DNA from: Amoebophrya sp. A120
Taxonomy: Eukaryota > Protista > Dinoflagellata
Direction: 5' to 3'
Assembly: GCA_905178155.1 (NCBI GenBank)
Contig: CAJINV010000036.1
Span: 1-64,000, forward strand
Length of the DNA: 64,000 bases
Part shown: piece after piece, positions 11,301 through 24,300 of the stretch
Position numbering within the stretch: position 1 is the stretch's first letter
Layout: every line of letters starts with the position of its first letter
The notes under the pieces: generated by a model
What the model saw: the letters and a program-made list of their open reading frames with translations, nothing else
What the model was told of the DNA's origin: nothing
The model's database searches: none
Translations under genes and position numbers: made by a program

Positions 11301-13036
11301 CCTATGAGAGTGCACAACTCCCCCTCCCCCTCATTTGTATGGCATGAACAGCAACACAAGCAACAGCAGAAAAGCAGCCTTCGCATGACAAATCTGCAAC
11401 TGCATGCGGATTGTAGTACTGTTTGAAGTTCCAAACTTTGTCATGCTAGCAGTGCTTACGAGCAAGGTGTGCGCTTGGTATTTTGCATGACAAATGAGGG
11501 GGAGGGGGAGTTGTGCACTTTCATACCACCTGCTCTACTCCCTGAAGCAGCACGCGGAGTCGTGGAAGAAGTTCGGGCTGGACTGGTGCTACGGGATTCT
11601 CTATCAAATGCAAAAATGTCTGGGTCTGGAACGAAGCAACTTGTCATGCTAAATCTGAATCATGTAAAAATCTGTGTTGCGTGATTACCAAAAGCTGTGT
11701 CCACTTTTGACCTAATGGAGAGGCAGTTTCTCATGCAGGATAGGCATGATAGAACTCTCACAGAATCTGTCATGCTATGTCCTACATACCAGACCTCATG
11801 GGTCATGAAAAACCTGCATGACAAGTCTGGCATTCTTCCAGACCCAGACATTTTTGCAGTTGATATTCTCAACGACCTCACCAGCGACGCGGCTCTCGGT
11901 AACTTTCTGTGGGAGGTTAATTGGATGGGCATGGACCAATCCGCTCGTATGTTCAAGGCCAGCGTCGGAGCAGAAGCCAAGCGGCTATCGGAGAACAAAG
12001 AACTTTTGCTCAGTACCAACTATAGCTATTTACTTGTGTTTTTCATCTTTTTACGACCCATCTTTATTTGTGTTGGCACCATCTACATCATCTACATCTA
12101 CTTGTGAACAACAGCAAATCAGCAACAGTTTTGATGAATTGATCTTTATCACAGATATGTTTACGACGGTTCCCGACGGTGTGATTCGCGAGATGATTAA
12201 GAAGAAACGCGAGATGTTGTATTAAATGTAAAAATGTCTGGGTCTGGAAGATTCTAAACTTGTAATGCTGTCTTTGGATTCTAAAAAAATTTGTATTGCA
12301 TGACCAGCAAAAGGACTCCAGTCTGTGCTACGTGGAGAGGGCATTTCTCATGCGGTAGAGGCATCACAAAGTCCTCTAAAAATCTGTGATGCTAGGGCAT
12401 GCATCACAGACATCCACATCATGGGTCATTCAAAATATGCATGACAAGCCTGGCAATCTTCCAGACCCAGACATTTTTACACTTGATATGTTGGGGAAAG
12501 AGACCAACGTCGAGAACGAGCTGCTCCAGGCGGACGTGGAGCGGATCCGGAAAGAGATGTTGCAAAAGCAGGGTGTGGACCCACGGAAGGCCACGGAGTC
12601 GAAGATTATGGAGAACCACCGGCACCACGAGACGGAACTGCGCGACATGCCGCTGCGGCACGTGCCCCAGTACATCTGTGCGGTCCGCGACATTTCGCAG
12701 GCCTGCGAGATCCGGCAGGCGTACCCGCCTTCGCACCCCCGCTACGCGAACATCAGCCGCCTCTACTGCGTGGGGTGCCGAAAAATCATCCTCCGGCTCG
12801 GGGAGCGCACGACCTTCTTCTACTGCCACAAGTGCATGGAGCGCGGGAGCCAGCCGTACTGCCTGTGCAGTAACTGCAACGACCAGTTCCGCATGAGTCT
12901 CATGGCCTACAAGCTCTTGGAGGACACCGCCGAGGCCGAGAAGGAGCGCATGGCCGCGGACCTGCTGGCGAGCATGGAGCAAGACGACGAAGATTCGAAC
13001 GCCAAGAAGGCCACTGCTGCACTCTTTGGGAGTTAG
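8375..13036 (+). CDS. Large hypothetical protein with C-terminal Cys-rich (ZZ-like) zinc finger; start uncertain
   Basis: ORFs 8375 and 10237, a short exon 11531-11601, and the exons ending in the 12386 ORF join in frame after removing 4 introners and GT-AG intron 12013-12154. Contains YCVGC...YCHKC...YCLCSNC. Confidence 0.7.
10086..10232. mobile_element. Introner, family B, TSD GTACA
   Basis: Same TIRs as 1619-1768. The join gives VFDTYMDDSDE. Confidence 0.92.
11303..11525. mobile_element. Introner, family C, TSD CCACC
   Basis: TATGAGAGTGCACAACTCCCCCTCCCCCTCATTTGT...ACAAATGAGGGGGAGGGGGAGTTGTGCACTTTCATA. The join gives PPYHLLYSLKQ. Confidence 0.92.
11602..11865. mobile_element. Introner, family A, TSD TTCTC
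   Basis: Family A TIRs. The join gives CYGILNDLTSD. Confidence 0.92.
12220..12488. mobile_element. Introner, family A, TSD TGTTG
   Basis: Family A TIRs. The join gives KKREMLGKETN. Confidence 0.92.
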
Positions 13037-14117
13037 CGACCTGTCTAGCAAAATAAATATAAATCAGCACAGTTCTACTTCGGAATAAGAATCACGTTCA
13101 TCGGACCGTGACGACCAAACAGACTAAGTATCAAAAGCCAGAAATCAGTCACTGACGAAGACAGGTGCACAACTAGAAGAACGTGCTGAGGGGCCCAGAT
13201 GTTGACCGTTGCTAAAGCACTGTTCGCATTTTTCTTCGGCTCGTCTCTCCGTCAGTCTCGTCCTTCCGACCGCTATACAAAAATGCTGCCGTTAGTCATT
13301 TTGATTTTTCCACAAAGAAAAATGTAGTCGGGCACGGGTAGGGTTTCTTGGCGCCGTCCCACTACCTCCGAAAGAGGTGCTTTTGAATATGCACTTTCAT
13401 GAAGTCAGCGACGTGCTCGACTTCTCTTTTCTATCTTTGTTTGTGATGTTCGTGTTGTTGTTGATCTCTTCTTTTATTTATGCGCCTCGCTAGAGACGCT
13501 CGCCAGGCACGATGAACTCATTACAGGCGATCACATAATCACGATCAAAACAGCTCGGTATTATTTGAAAACAGGTGTGAACGATCCTCCTCCTCCCTAT
13601 TTGAAACCGTAACATTCCTCGATCACGCCACAGCGTAGTTGCCGCAGCCCGTCTTTTTTTTGTGGTCGTGCAGAAGAGATTCTTCAAATCTCGTTTCCGG
13701 GTCGCAGTCGGCTTTGATTTGCATGCTCGTGGTCGTTTTCCTTTTCTCTGCGTACTTAATTTAATCCTCGTGCAGAAACCCGTCATGTAACCAAACACAA
13801 TAATAATCAACAAACGAAAGAGCAGGGGCAGGGCACCAGTGTAGTTGCTATTATTTGTGTCTAGACTGTGTCGGAATTCTTAGGCGATACTGCCGAACAA
13901 GAGAATTCTGATTCAGTCGGTTTTGTTCTGAAGGAAATTGTTACAGAAGCTACACAAACACCAACACAACGAAAAGCGTAATGGGTCAAAACAAGAGTGA
14001 CAGAACATCACCATCGACCACATCGTGACCACGACTACATTCATTGGGTGCTATCCTGCTCACGAGCCAAATTCAGCATCCGTTTGCTCTTTTCTTGCTG
14101 GAATTCTTGTGGAATCA

Positions 14118-17100
14118 ATGCGAGCATCCACGACATCTACTGTCGGTTCCGAGCAGGACTTGAGGGTGAGGGCGGAAGATGGTTTGTCTTCACAAATTGT
14201 GCAGGACCACGCTACTTTAAAGTTTCCCGCAAGCTCGCCCGATTTATTTTTTACGGACGATTCGAGTGTCGAGGAACTTTTTGGTGGCAATAAAGGTAGT
14301 TTTCGTTTTCATTGGGAGCATCAAGAGGAAGAGGAAGAAGAAAAAGATCGTTGCTGCGCGGAAGCGGACTACGACCAGGACAGTGCTGAACTTGAGTCCT
14401 GGCCTAGCCTTTGTTCTGAGCTTCCGCCCTGTGTGTCCGCGGAACAAGAAGACCTTGACGACCAGAATGCAGCAGGCGAGGTGGACCAACCTTTGTGCCC
14501 CTCCACCACGACGACCCAGGAGAAGCACGTGCCTTTTGTGTTTGATACCCCGGGGACTTCTCGCCAACAAGGAAAAATGAGCAATTCCAACCCTACGCTG
14601 CTGAAGAGCGCTTTCGGGTTCTGCGGATTTGCGAATCGAAATAAGACAGGGCAAACGCGAGGCACCCCAGTGCATCAAGAGATGAAAGCAGCACACGACC
14701 AGCATGGGCGACAAGAAGGACAAGAAGGTCTTCCCCCAGCGCAAGAAAAGGTCGGACCTTCGCCAGGAGGTTGTACTGTTGACCAAAGAGCCCAGCAGCC
14801 GGAGCTCAGCAAACCGAAAGCCAGTCAGTATTCGCACCTCCGGCAGATTGGCAACGGAGCCTATGCGACCGTGTGGCTGGCAGTGAAAAAGACACGACCA
14901 GAGACGCACAGCACTCAGGCCGCTTCCGACCCGTGCTACGTTGCCGTGAAGGAGATTTCTCGCGTAGATGCTGAAATGACCGAACGCACGGTGCTGAACA
15001 CCTGGAACGAGCGCAACATCCTGAAGAAACTAACGGAGGAGCAGGTCGGACAAAACAACGCTGGCTCGGGCTCGTCTGCCCTATCGAAATGAAGAGTTCT
15101 ATCGCCACATTTTTCAGGTTCACGCGCGGTCGTAGTAAGTAAGTGCATGTATCATGAAGATGACAATGAATATCAAAAGACTACCAAAAAGCCCGTGTAA
15201 TTCGTCATTTTCCATGTACGCAATAAAATGTGCATTCCTGAAGTGCGGAGCTATGGTGTGCATGACGAAGCCATCCTGCTCATATGATAGAGCTTTTTTT
15301 CGCTTCCATACTAGGCTTCTTGCAAGTTCGTGTATTTGCTGGACAGCTACACGACCGCATCAAGTCTGTATCTCGTTCTGGTATCAAATGCAAATATGAT
15401 ATGTCTGGGTTTAGAGCAGTGCGATTGACTTGTCACGCCTAATTCCAATACTTACCAATGCTGCAGCTGAACTCGTCTCCAATGCTAATGCATCTTACAG
15501 AACAGCGTTTGCGCTTCGTAAGCCTCTGGCATGCAAAAGCGCTACTTTTCATCGACCTTGCCCGTTGTGCATCACTACAGAGACAAAGCACACAAAGAAA
15601 AGTGTGTCCTACCTCCTGACTGCATACCTGATTAATTGATGCTGTACTCTAGTACTATTGGCATGACCACTTTCGAAACCCAGACGCATTCGACGCACTG
15701 CATATGTGGAACTCGCCAACCATTCCTCCGTCTTCGAGCACCTCAAACTCTGCTACAAGCGCCGCTCGGAACAAATGCATGCGAACACGCCCCCGGAGGA
15801 ACGGTGTTGGTGTCTATCGCGCGGGGCGGAAGCCGAGCTTTTGTTGACGCCGTGTAAAATAGATTCATCTACCAGTGCTTCTACTTCTTTTGCGGACGGC
15901 GACGGCGGCAACAAGATGAGCAGTACGAACACGCACGAAGGCGACGCCACAAAAACGAGGATCCCAGCTTGGGAATGGACTTTTGCCAAGGCAGAATGGT
16001 GCGCCCGCGAGATTGCGACCGCATTGAAGTACTTGCACGAGAGAAAGATTGCGTACCGCGACATGAAACTAACCAATGTGATGGTGGATATTAGGAGAAC
16101 GACCACCGGTAGTACAACAAGAACGAAAGCCCCGACCCCGAATCCCGCGCCGACCTACGATGGAGGAGGTACAACTTCTACAGAAAGGACTCCTCTGCAA
16201 CGATTGGTCTTGGTGGATTTTGGGTTTGCCACCGACGACGACGCGCACCACTGCACCCACGTGCAGGGGACCATGCGGACCATGGCACCGGAAATCGTGT
16301 TCCTCAATTCCTCCGACAAGAACGATTCGACTTCTACTATGTTGGACGTCGAACAGGATCATGCTCTAGTTGGCTCTGGCTCTCCCCCGAAGACCTACGA
16401 CGGCTTCCGGGCGGACATTTGGTCCTTTGCGTGCGTGGTGTACGAACTCTTTGCCGTGGGCAGGCATCTGCTCCCGGGGTATTTCGAGGATCTCGAAATT
16501 GACACGCACAACTATCGCCGCGAGTATGATCTCGGTACACAATTCCGCCTCCGCATTGTTCTCCCCGATAGCATCAATCGGGATCATCTTCTTGTTTCTT
16601 CTGCAAAATACTTGCACACCACCAAGTACAGTCGTTGCTTCTGCTTGCTTTTCTTTTTCGGCCCTGTGTGCATGAAAACCACAAGTTAATGACGGAAGCC
16701 CAAGCAGGACAAGACTCCAGATCTGTGCGCAGTTCTTTTCTTCTTTGTGCCATAGCAACATCTTTTTTTATATCTTGCTTTGACCTTCGAACAGTATAGA
16801 AGACAAGGGATTGTGGACTCCCATAGGAAACTGGAACGAACGGTGGCACTGCTGGAGCAGAAGGACCTGGCGGACATGTCGACGGAAAATCGCCGCTTCC
16901 CAAACCATGTGCTGCATGAGGAGCGGTGGCAGCAGGTCTTCTGGTTCTTTCTGAAGTCCACCGTGAAAAGAGACCCGGCGGCGCGTCCCGCGAACATGAT
17001 TGAAGTTATCACCCGTACAGGTGTTACGACTTCAGCTGTTCTTCTTGCAACATGTAAAGAAAAGGAAAGTTCATCTTCATTGGCATTTTCTTTCTGCGTC

Positions 17101-17519
17101 CGCCTCCGTGTCGATTTACTTTGCATGATGATTTTTCCTGTCCACGAGTACAGTGATCGTGCGCGGCCTGACATGTTCCGACGTTTATATAGAAAGATAG
17201 TACCTACAACTTTCCATTTTTATTCTTCGCAGCACTTGAGATTGTAACAACTGAGCGGGCGTCTATAACAGTCTGTGACAGATTCTTTCCGGCGCGGACC
17301 ACTTCATCATTGGAGACGATGCGCTACAACGGAAGAAATCATGCGGGTGAAACTGATTTCCAGGTAGCATTCAGCGAGGACCTGGACCTCGTCAAACAGT
17401 TTTCCGACGACACAAGAACAGGAGAGAGCCCATTTGCTCAGCGGGGGCGCGCGCGGGCACGCGCGTTTCGACTTTTTCCGGCAGCCGAAGACGCCGTCGA
17501 TCCCTTCGAGGGGTATTAG
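14118..17519 (+). CDS. Ser/Thr protein kinase (AGC/PKA-like), multi-exon
   Basis: Motifs IGNGAYATV, VAVKEI, YLVLEL, YRDMKLTN, DFG, GTMRTMAPE, DIWSFAC and a C-terminal DPFEGY. GT-AG intron 15045-15314, one introner; later introns are approximate. Confidence 0.85.
15382..15704. mobile_element. Degenerate family A introner, TSD TCTGG/TGTGG
   Basis: TATCAAATGCAAATAT..ATGTCTGGGT...ACCCAGACGCATT...GCATA. The join restores kinase subdomain V YLVLELA. Confidence 0.85.
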
Positions 17520-18359
17520 AATCTTTATCTCACCCAGGGGGCCGTCGAGCAAGAAACGAAGTCCGTTCTTCCATAATATTCCTCGGCCAAAACGGGCGTA
17601 CAATAGATATTTTTACTGGACGGAAGCAACATCTCAGTCTTGTTGATCTTACCGAATTTTGTTACACAAGCAGCTCACTGTTGAACTACAACTCTGATCT
17701 TATATTTTTCAGAAAGTAGATATATATTTTTTAATATTGGTACTAGTATCCTCACTCGGCTCTCTTTGTGCTGACCAGAAACATATTTTTTTAATCAACG
17801 CGCCTAGGCCAACGTGCTCTAGTCTGGAAAAATCTATACGAAAAGCAAAAGAGCTTGGGCGAAAGATTCATAAGTTTTTATCGGCGATGATCTCCAGCCT
17901 GCTAAAACTTCATCTAGGAAAAAGATAGCAGGAGCTACGCACTTGTTTGTGAGTGCAGCGCCGCTTTTTCTCCTTCTTTATTTTGCCGTGTTCTTGTTTT
18001 GTTTTGCTTTTGCGCAACGTTAGAGAGATTCAAATTTAGCAGCTGCAAGGTCAAAAGTGTTTGTGCTTCTGCTGTCACTCTTCTAGATGGTGTTTTACCT
18101 AGGAGTTGGTACATTCTTGATTGTCTCCCTTCTGGCCCAAAAGGTTTTTAAGGTGTTTATATCTCTTTTCGAATGTGATAAAGACGAAGCGATAGATGCG
18201 AGTATGATCTTTTGAAGAAACGATCCGCACAATTTTTACTAATTTAGTTCTTGTTCTCTCTGTTTGTAGTCTAACCATGCCAACATGCGACTTGGATCAT
18301 TCAGTTCTCTGTTTCGTTTGTATTATTGATCCGTAGCAAGAGCTTGGGTGCGCCAGATC

Positions 18360-21300
18360 ATGTTGCTTTCTTTTCGTTGTTGGAGATGTTGCAGGTCATG
18401 GCATCTTCGTATTCTGGTGTGGTTGCACACATTTGGACCAATGCTCCACGCCAATGAAGAATTGTTGTCTTTGCTTTCTGACGCAACTGCTACCTCCAGC
18501 TCCACCTCTCCACCTGTCCAAGCAATTTTCTTTTTAGCACGAGCTGCTCGGTTTCCTGTGCGTGTGCCGTCGTGGAACGACGTTGCTAGCGAGGGCACAA
18601 CTGCTGAAGACGACGGCGTGCAGCAGGCCGGTGAGAAGTACCAGATTCTACACAAAGATTACCGAGGACGAGGTAGCCCCGCTCCTCGTGCACGCCCCGA
18701 AAATCCGACGTTTCAAGTGCAAAATAATGTAGCTCCGTTTACGACGGCCGTCGACCACGGTGTCCGGGAAGAACCTACTGCTACCGACGCGTCGCGACCT
18801 GAGCCGGCGGGCGCGTCTTTCTTGGTCGACGAACCCCTCTTTATCACTGCGACCACGATCTGCGCCGATGAACTACACGTCGATAATTTGTTGCCTAGAA
18901 CATCAAGCACTGGCGACGAACCGCAGCCTGCTCAACCAGAGCGACATGCGGAAGACGTCGCTTCAGGTCCCGCTCCGCTGGGCAGCGCTGTTGGCACCGG
19001 AGATGAGCCGCCAATTGACGACGCTGAAGTTGTACGACCCTCGTCACCACAAGCGATCCGCCTAGGACCCTACCGCAACGCAATTCTCGTACAAGAACAG
19101 GATGAAGACCCAGAGCACGACTCCTTGTCCTTTCCGGCTTTCAAGATGGTTGAGAACAAGAATAGCACAGTGCTCGCGCTAGCTACCACAATGAAGCATT
19201 TCGATCGTCCCTGGCCGGATTCTGTGGCATCCTCAGGCGTTCTTGTAGACTCGGAGGAAGTATTGCCTCTTGATTGCGTAGCTGCTACGTGCCACCATCC
19301 ACGGTATAATTCTGCTACTTCGCCTAGCAGTTCTCTCTCGAGTTTTTCGCTGGGTCCACCGAGGAGTGTAGTGCACGTTGCGGAGCAGAGCCTTGTTTCC
19401 ATGACGCGCAGTGACAGCTTGCTTGACGCCAAGGAAATCGATGTGGAGGTTGATCCTCTAGAAGAAGTAAACAAGGTTCCGGCACAGTACAAAGCCGGGG
19501 AACCTGCAGCTGAACAGGCGACGTCTCCGCCACATGCCGACTACCCGCAAAATTCAACAGGTCAAACTACAGGGACTGCATTTCATGACAACGTGGGGCT
19601 GCCTTTAGGTGATATTTTGAACAATGCTGGTGGGGTAAAAGATGCTACTGAGGATGCCTTCGTTCGGGTAGAGCGTAGCGACGTCGACAGAGTGCGAAAA
19701 CGCAACAAAAATTGTGCTCCAAGAGCCGCGGCTGCTGGAGGGTCAAGCGCTCGTGGTGTCACAACCGCAGAAGACGTTGACAAGTTCGCAACTGAGTGTT
19801 CGGCGACGGCAAGAAGCGGAAAGGACAACCTCCCCGGACTTGAAGCTAAGAGTGGTAGTTGTGCAGCGACAACCGCAAAACGCTCCGGACCATGCCTTGC
19901 GGTCGAGCAACGACCTCAAGAACTACATCATTCCTTTTGCGTTTGTTCCGCAGGTTCTCCACTACTTTCACGGCCCGTTTGCGCGGCAGATGACCTCGAC
20001 GACGAGCCAATAGAAGTGGAATCTACTGCTGGTAGTAGAAGCCAACAAGAAGACCACGCTGCTCTCTACTGCGCCAACAGCGACCAAGCCGAGGCCCGTT
20101 ACTTTCTCTTTGAGGAGTTGCTGCGCATGGTGCGCGGCCCGGATGCGCGCATCGACCGCTTTCAGATGCGGGAGCTGCTTGACCTCCTGCAGCTGCCCAA
20201 TTTGATGGACCATTACATGACGCACCAAGCAAATGGCCCGGACTCGCCAGATGTCGACTGGCTGTCCTTATGCGGTGCGCAACTCCCCCGTCCCGCTCCT
20301 TTGGACAAAGGCCTGGGCAGGAACACAAGTGAAAGTAAGTACCACTAGCAGCGTAGCTTTCGCATGACAGATTTGCGCGTAGCATGATGTACGTAAGTGT
20401 TCTTTGGGGGGCGGTCGAACTTCGTCATTCGATTTGATAAATGTATGACCGGGCACGCGTGGTCTTGCGAGCCTGTGAGCCAAGGCCGACAGTGGTCGGT
20501 CTATATTTTATGAGCGGGCTCAACCCGCCCATCACGGTAACCAAAACCTGAGTAGCATGAATATGAACCAGACAGGGGCGCAGTTTTGCGTTGATTTTCC
20601 TGCTCTGTGTTTGACATGCTGGGTTTTCAGGGACTTGCGCCCCTGCCGATGGTAGCTTGATTGTGATTCGCCGAGGGTGATTAGAGCTGCTATTTTGCTC
20701 TGCCTTAGGCCGATTTATTTCCTCCTGATTTCTCCAGTTCTGGAGAGGGAGAGTTTATTTTCAATCCTAGTTTCGGATTATGATTGGTCTCCCCTGATTT
20801 CTCTCGTTCCGGAGAGGGGGAGAGAGTTTATTTCCAGTCCTAGCTTCGGGCTAGGTTGGATTTCTCCTGATTTCTCCCGTTCCGGAGAGGGAGAGTGGTT
20901 TTATTTCCAGTCCTAGTTTCGGGCTAGGTTGGACTTCTCCTGATTTCTCCCGTTCCGGAGAGGGAGAGTGGTTTTATTTCCAGTCCTAGTTTCGGGCTAG
21001 GTTGGACTTCTCCTATTTTCTCCCGTTCCGGAGAGGGAGAGTGATTTTATTTCCAGTCCTGGTTTCGGACTAGGTTGGATTTCTCCTGTTTTCTCCCGTT
21101 CCGGAGAGGGAGAATTGAGTTTATTTCCGGTCCTAGTTTCGGTCTAGGTTGGAGTTCTCCAGATTTCTCCCGTTCCGGAGAAGGAGAGTGATTTTGTTTC
21201 CAGTCCTAGAAGTTTCGGGCTTGTTTGGATTTCTCGTGATTTCTCCCGGTTTGGAGAAGAAGGATTTGAGTTCCCGTCCTAGCTTCGGACTACGTTTGAT

Positions 21301-24300
21301 TTCTCCTGTTTATTTTCCCCCGATCTGGAGAAGGGACATTTATTTTCAGTCCGAGTTGCGGACTATGTCGGATTTGTGCGGTTTTCTCCCGTTTCTGGAG
21401 AGGGAGAATGTAACTCCGGTCCTAGTTCCGGACTAACTATGTTGGGCGTCTTCTATTTTCTCCAATTTTGGAGCGGGGGGCTTCGCCCTAAGTCCGGGGG
21501 TTTGAAGTATGCCCCAGATTTCTAGTTTCCAGCTCGAGGGAGGGAGGCTCCGTCCTGTTTCGGATGATTTCTTTGCGAGTGGCCTCCTATTCCCCCCTTG
21601 CGAGGAGAGAGTAGGGAATCCATTTCCCCTTCGGGGTCGATTTTGTTTGATTTTCGCATCCGTTTGTGATGGCGGAGTGAGTCTCTGCTTGATTTCGCAT
21701 TTTTATTTGCCGCGCTTTCCCCGTACAAATCGGAGTATCCCCCTTGTGTCTCTCAGCGAGCGTGTTTCAGTCCTGTTGTTAGTCGGGCTTGGAGCAGTTT
21801 ATCGCCACACATCTCTCGTGCTGGTGAGGGAGCATCGGCCGCGTTTATGCCGTTTCTTCGGGGGCTTCTCCACTCTCCCCGCTCGGGGAGTGGGTTTCTC
21901 TTGGATTTCCACTTGTGAGGGCAAGAAGTCTATTGCCCCAGGTTCTCCCGGGTGCGGAGAAGGATTTCAGGGTCTAGCTGCAGGCTGCTTTTCTGCTCTA
22001 ATTTCCGGCTTCTGCCGGCTTTGGTTTTCTTGTGGGTCTCACTTTATTACTCATTTTCGAGATGTGCTTGCCCTTGCAGGCTTCTTTCTCGAGGTCTACT
22101 TGCAAGGTTTTGCTCCGTTGTATTCGACATGGGGCGCCATTCTGACCTTGGTTATTTTCATTTCAACCTTGCTCGGCTTTGTGGCACTGGCGGTTTGAAT
22201 CCGTTAAACCTAAAAGAGGGCAGGCGCGAGATGGAAAGGCTAGGGATGCGCCCGGCGCCTCGTGCGCCGGGGTTTTGTTTTCGCGGATTCTTTTGGTTCC
22301 GGTTTCCGGGTTTCTGCCGTCCCTAGCTCCACGAGCCGAGTCGAGGGCTTGAGATGAAATGACCAAGGTCAGCGATGGCGCATGTGGCGCAGGTTTTCCC
22401 CTGTCGGGATGTTTTCTTTCAAGGTATTCCGATTCTCCTCTGGAGGGGGTGATCTTTCTATATGGAGCTTCGTGCCCCTATGTTGTTTGCCTGTGGTTTT
22501 AGGACATCTTCAGATCCCTGTTGTACAGGGTGCGAGGAGTGTTGTGTCAAGAGTCGATCCGGTTGCATCATTACGCAGCGATGTGGTATCCTCTTCCGAA
22601 TCCTTTGCCCGCCTTTTTCGGTTCAGGGGGCGAGAAGTGTTAGTCCCTGGAGAGAGGAGGTCGTCGGGCGTTTTTGTTGGGTGTCTCATGTTTATCGGGC
22701 AAACTTTCGTATGTGTGTGTGAGGATTCTTGGCAGGATTGTAGGGGGCACTGCGCCTTCCCTGCAGGGCTTGGTCCTTTTCTTTCTGATGTCGCAGCATG
22801 CGCGTTGACCGGATCACAAGCATTACCTCGAGGTCCATTTGGCATGGTCATGGGTGTTAGTGTTTCTCGAGGTCCTCACGGCCATCGTCGCTGAGGTGGG
22901 TGTTGTTTGCTTACTGCTCCAGAGGCAGTCTTAGTGAGTTCGCGCGCATCTCCGGAAGGGTGTCGCAGATGACGGCTCCAATCTTTTCATGGGCTCCGGA
23001 CTCTCTTTCCCTGTGTCATGGTGCCGGGTGGCTCCGAGTTTTCTTTGCACGCAGTGTCTTCGGAAAGGATCCCGCGCCGAAGTTATTATTTCCGTTTGAA
23101 ACACACAGCTTGCGCGGGCGTTGTGGCCACCGCCGCGAGGTCTACTCTTGTGCTTTGGAAGGTTCCTTCCTGGATAGTTGTTTGGTATGCAGGTCTTTGA
23201 CCTGGGGGCGCGTTCATCCCCGTGGGCTCTTGATCTGAGTACTTCTTGTTGCTCGATGACTTTCCAGCATTTCCCCGGCCGCATCCCGGCCGAGTTGTCA
23301 GGGTTGAGACCTCTTTCATCAGTGTGCGAGTGGTCAAGCGCACTACGTATCCGAAGTGAAGCCGGAGCTTCCGGGGAGTTATTTCCTATATTAAATGTTC
23401 TTACGCTGATTCTTGGGCAGCGCTTCTGCCACTAGCTGCTCTTGTGGTTTCGGTAGTTGACAAGGATTTTGCTAAGGGCCAGGGCGAAGGCGCTTTGTTT
23501 CGCCCTTTTGGAGCCTTGTTGGGATGCTGTGTGACAGTCTTTGGCATCTCAGTCGGTGTCGTCGCACGCACTCTTGCGTGTGGGGCGGCTGTTCGGTACC
23601 CAAATTCATCTCCAGCTGGTGCCGTAGGGTTCTTTGGGTCGCGTCGATGCGTTGCGTCTCCGCCGGTGGGGTAGGCTCTCCACATGCTTGGTCGCGGGCG
23701 CCTGCACCTCCTGACTCCCGGAGCGCACATCCAACGATGATCATCCATAGGATGATCTATCCGTCGGAGAAGATGTTGACTAGATCATAAAATGTATGAC
23801 CGGGCACGCGTGGTCTTGCGAGCCTGTGAGTCAAGGCCGACAGTGGTCGGTCTATATTTTATGAGCGGGCTCAACCCGCCCATCACGGTAACCAAAACCT
23901 GAGTAGCATGAATATGAACCAGACAGGGGCGCAGTTTTGCGTTGATTTTCCCACCCTCCCGCCCCTCTTCTTTTCTTGTTGTCTCTTCTTCCGAGCGGAT
24001 GGATCATGAGGCTTCGCGCCGCTTCATTTTTGAGGTGTGACAGAAGCCCATCACTTGCATTCGGGAACGGGGGTAGGCTCTCCACATGTTAGGTCGCGGG
24101 CGCCTGCACCTCCTGATTCCCGGAGCGCACATCCAACGATGATCATCCATAGGATGATCTATCCGTCGGAGAAGATGTTGAGTAGATCATAAAATGTTGC
24201 ATGACACAACCTGAGGGGTACGAGTCGAAGATGTGCACTCTCATAGTCCTTCCGGACGGAACTGAAATCTTTGCTGGCAACGTCGCTAGAGTCACGGTCC

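Larger units (their letters stand above)
20269..24245. mobile_element. Family C introner (TSD GTCCT) expanded to ~4 kb by a nested insertion
   Basis: Left GTCCT|TATGCGGTGCGCAACTCCCCCG, right ATGTGCACTCTCATA|GTCCT. Removing 3982 nt restores the frame. Confidence 0.88.

Noticed and set aside
10167-11301. Long - strand ORFs opposite GC3-rich exons (also 12419-13051, 45870-46667)
   Set aside because: Antisense shadows of + strand codon bias.
21509-23790. ORFs inside the split-repeat element
   Set aside because: Short, on both strands, with no RT, RNase H or recombinase motifs recognisable by eye.
20439-23951. Conventional LTR retrotransposon
   Set aside because: The second repeat pair (B1/B2), the junction core shared with the internal B1/A2 join, and the lack of gag/pol fit a split-direct-repeat element instead.
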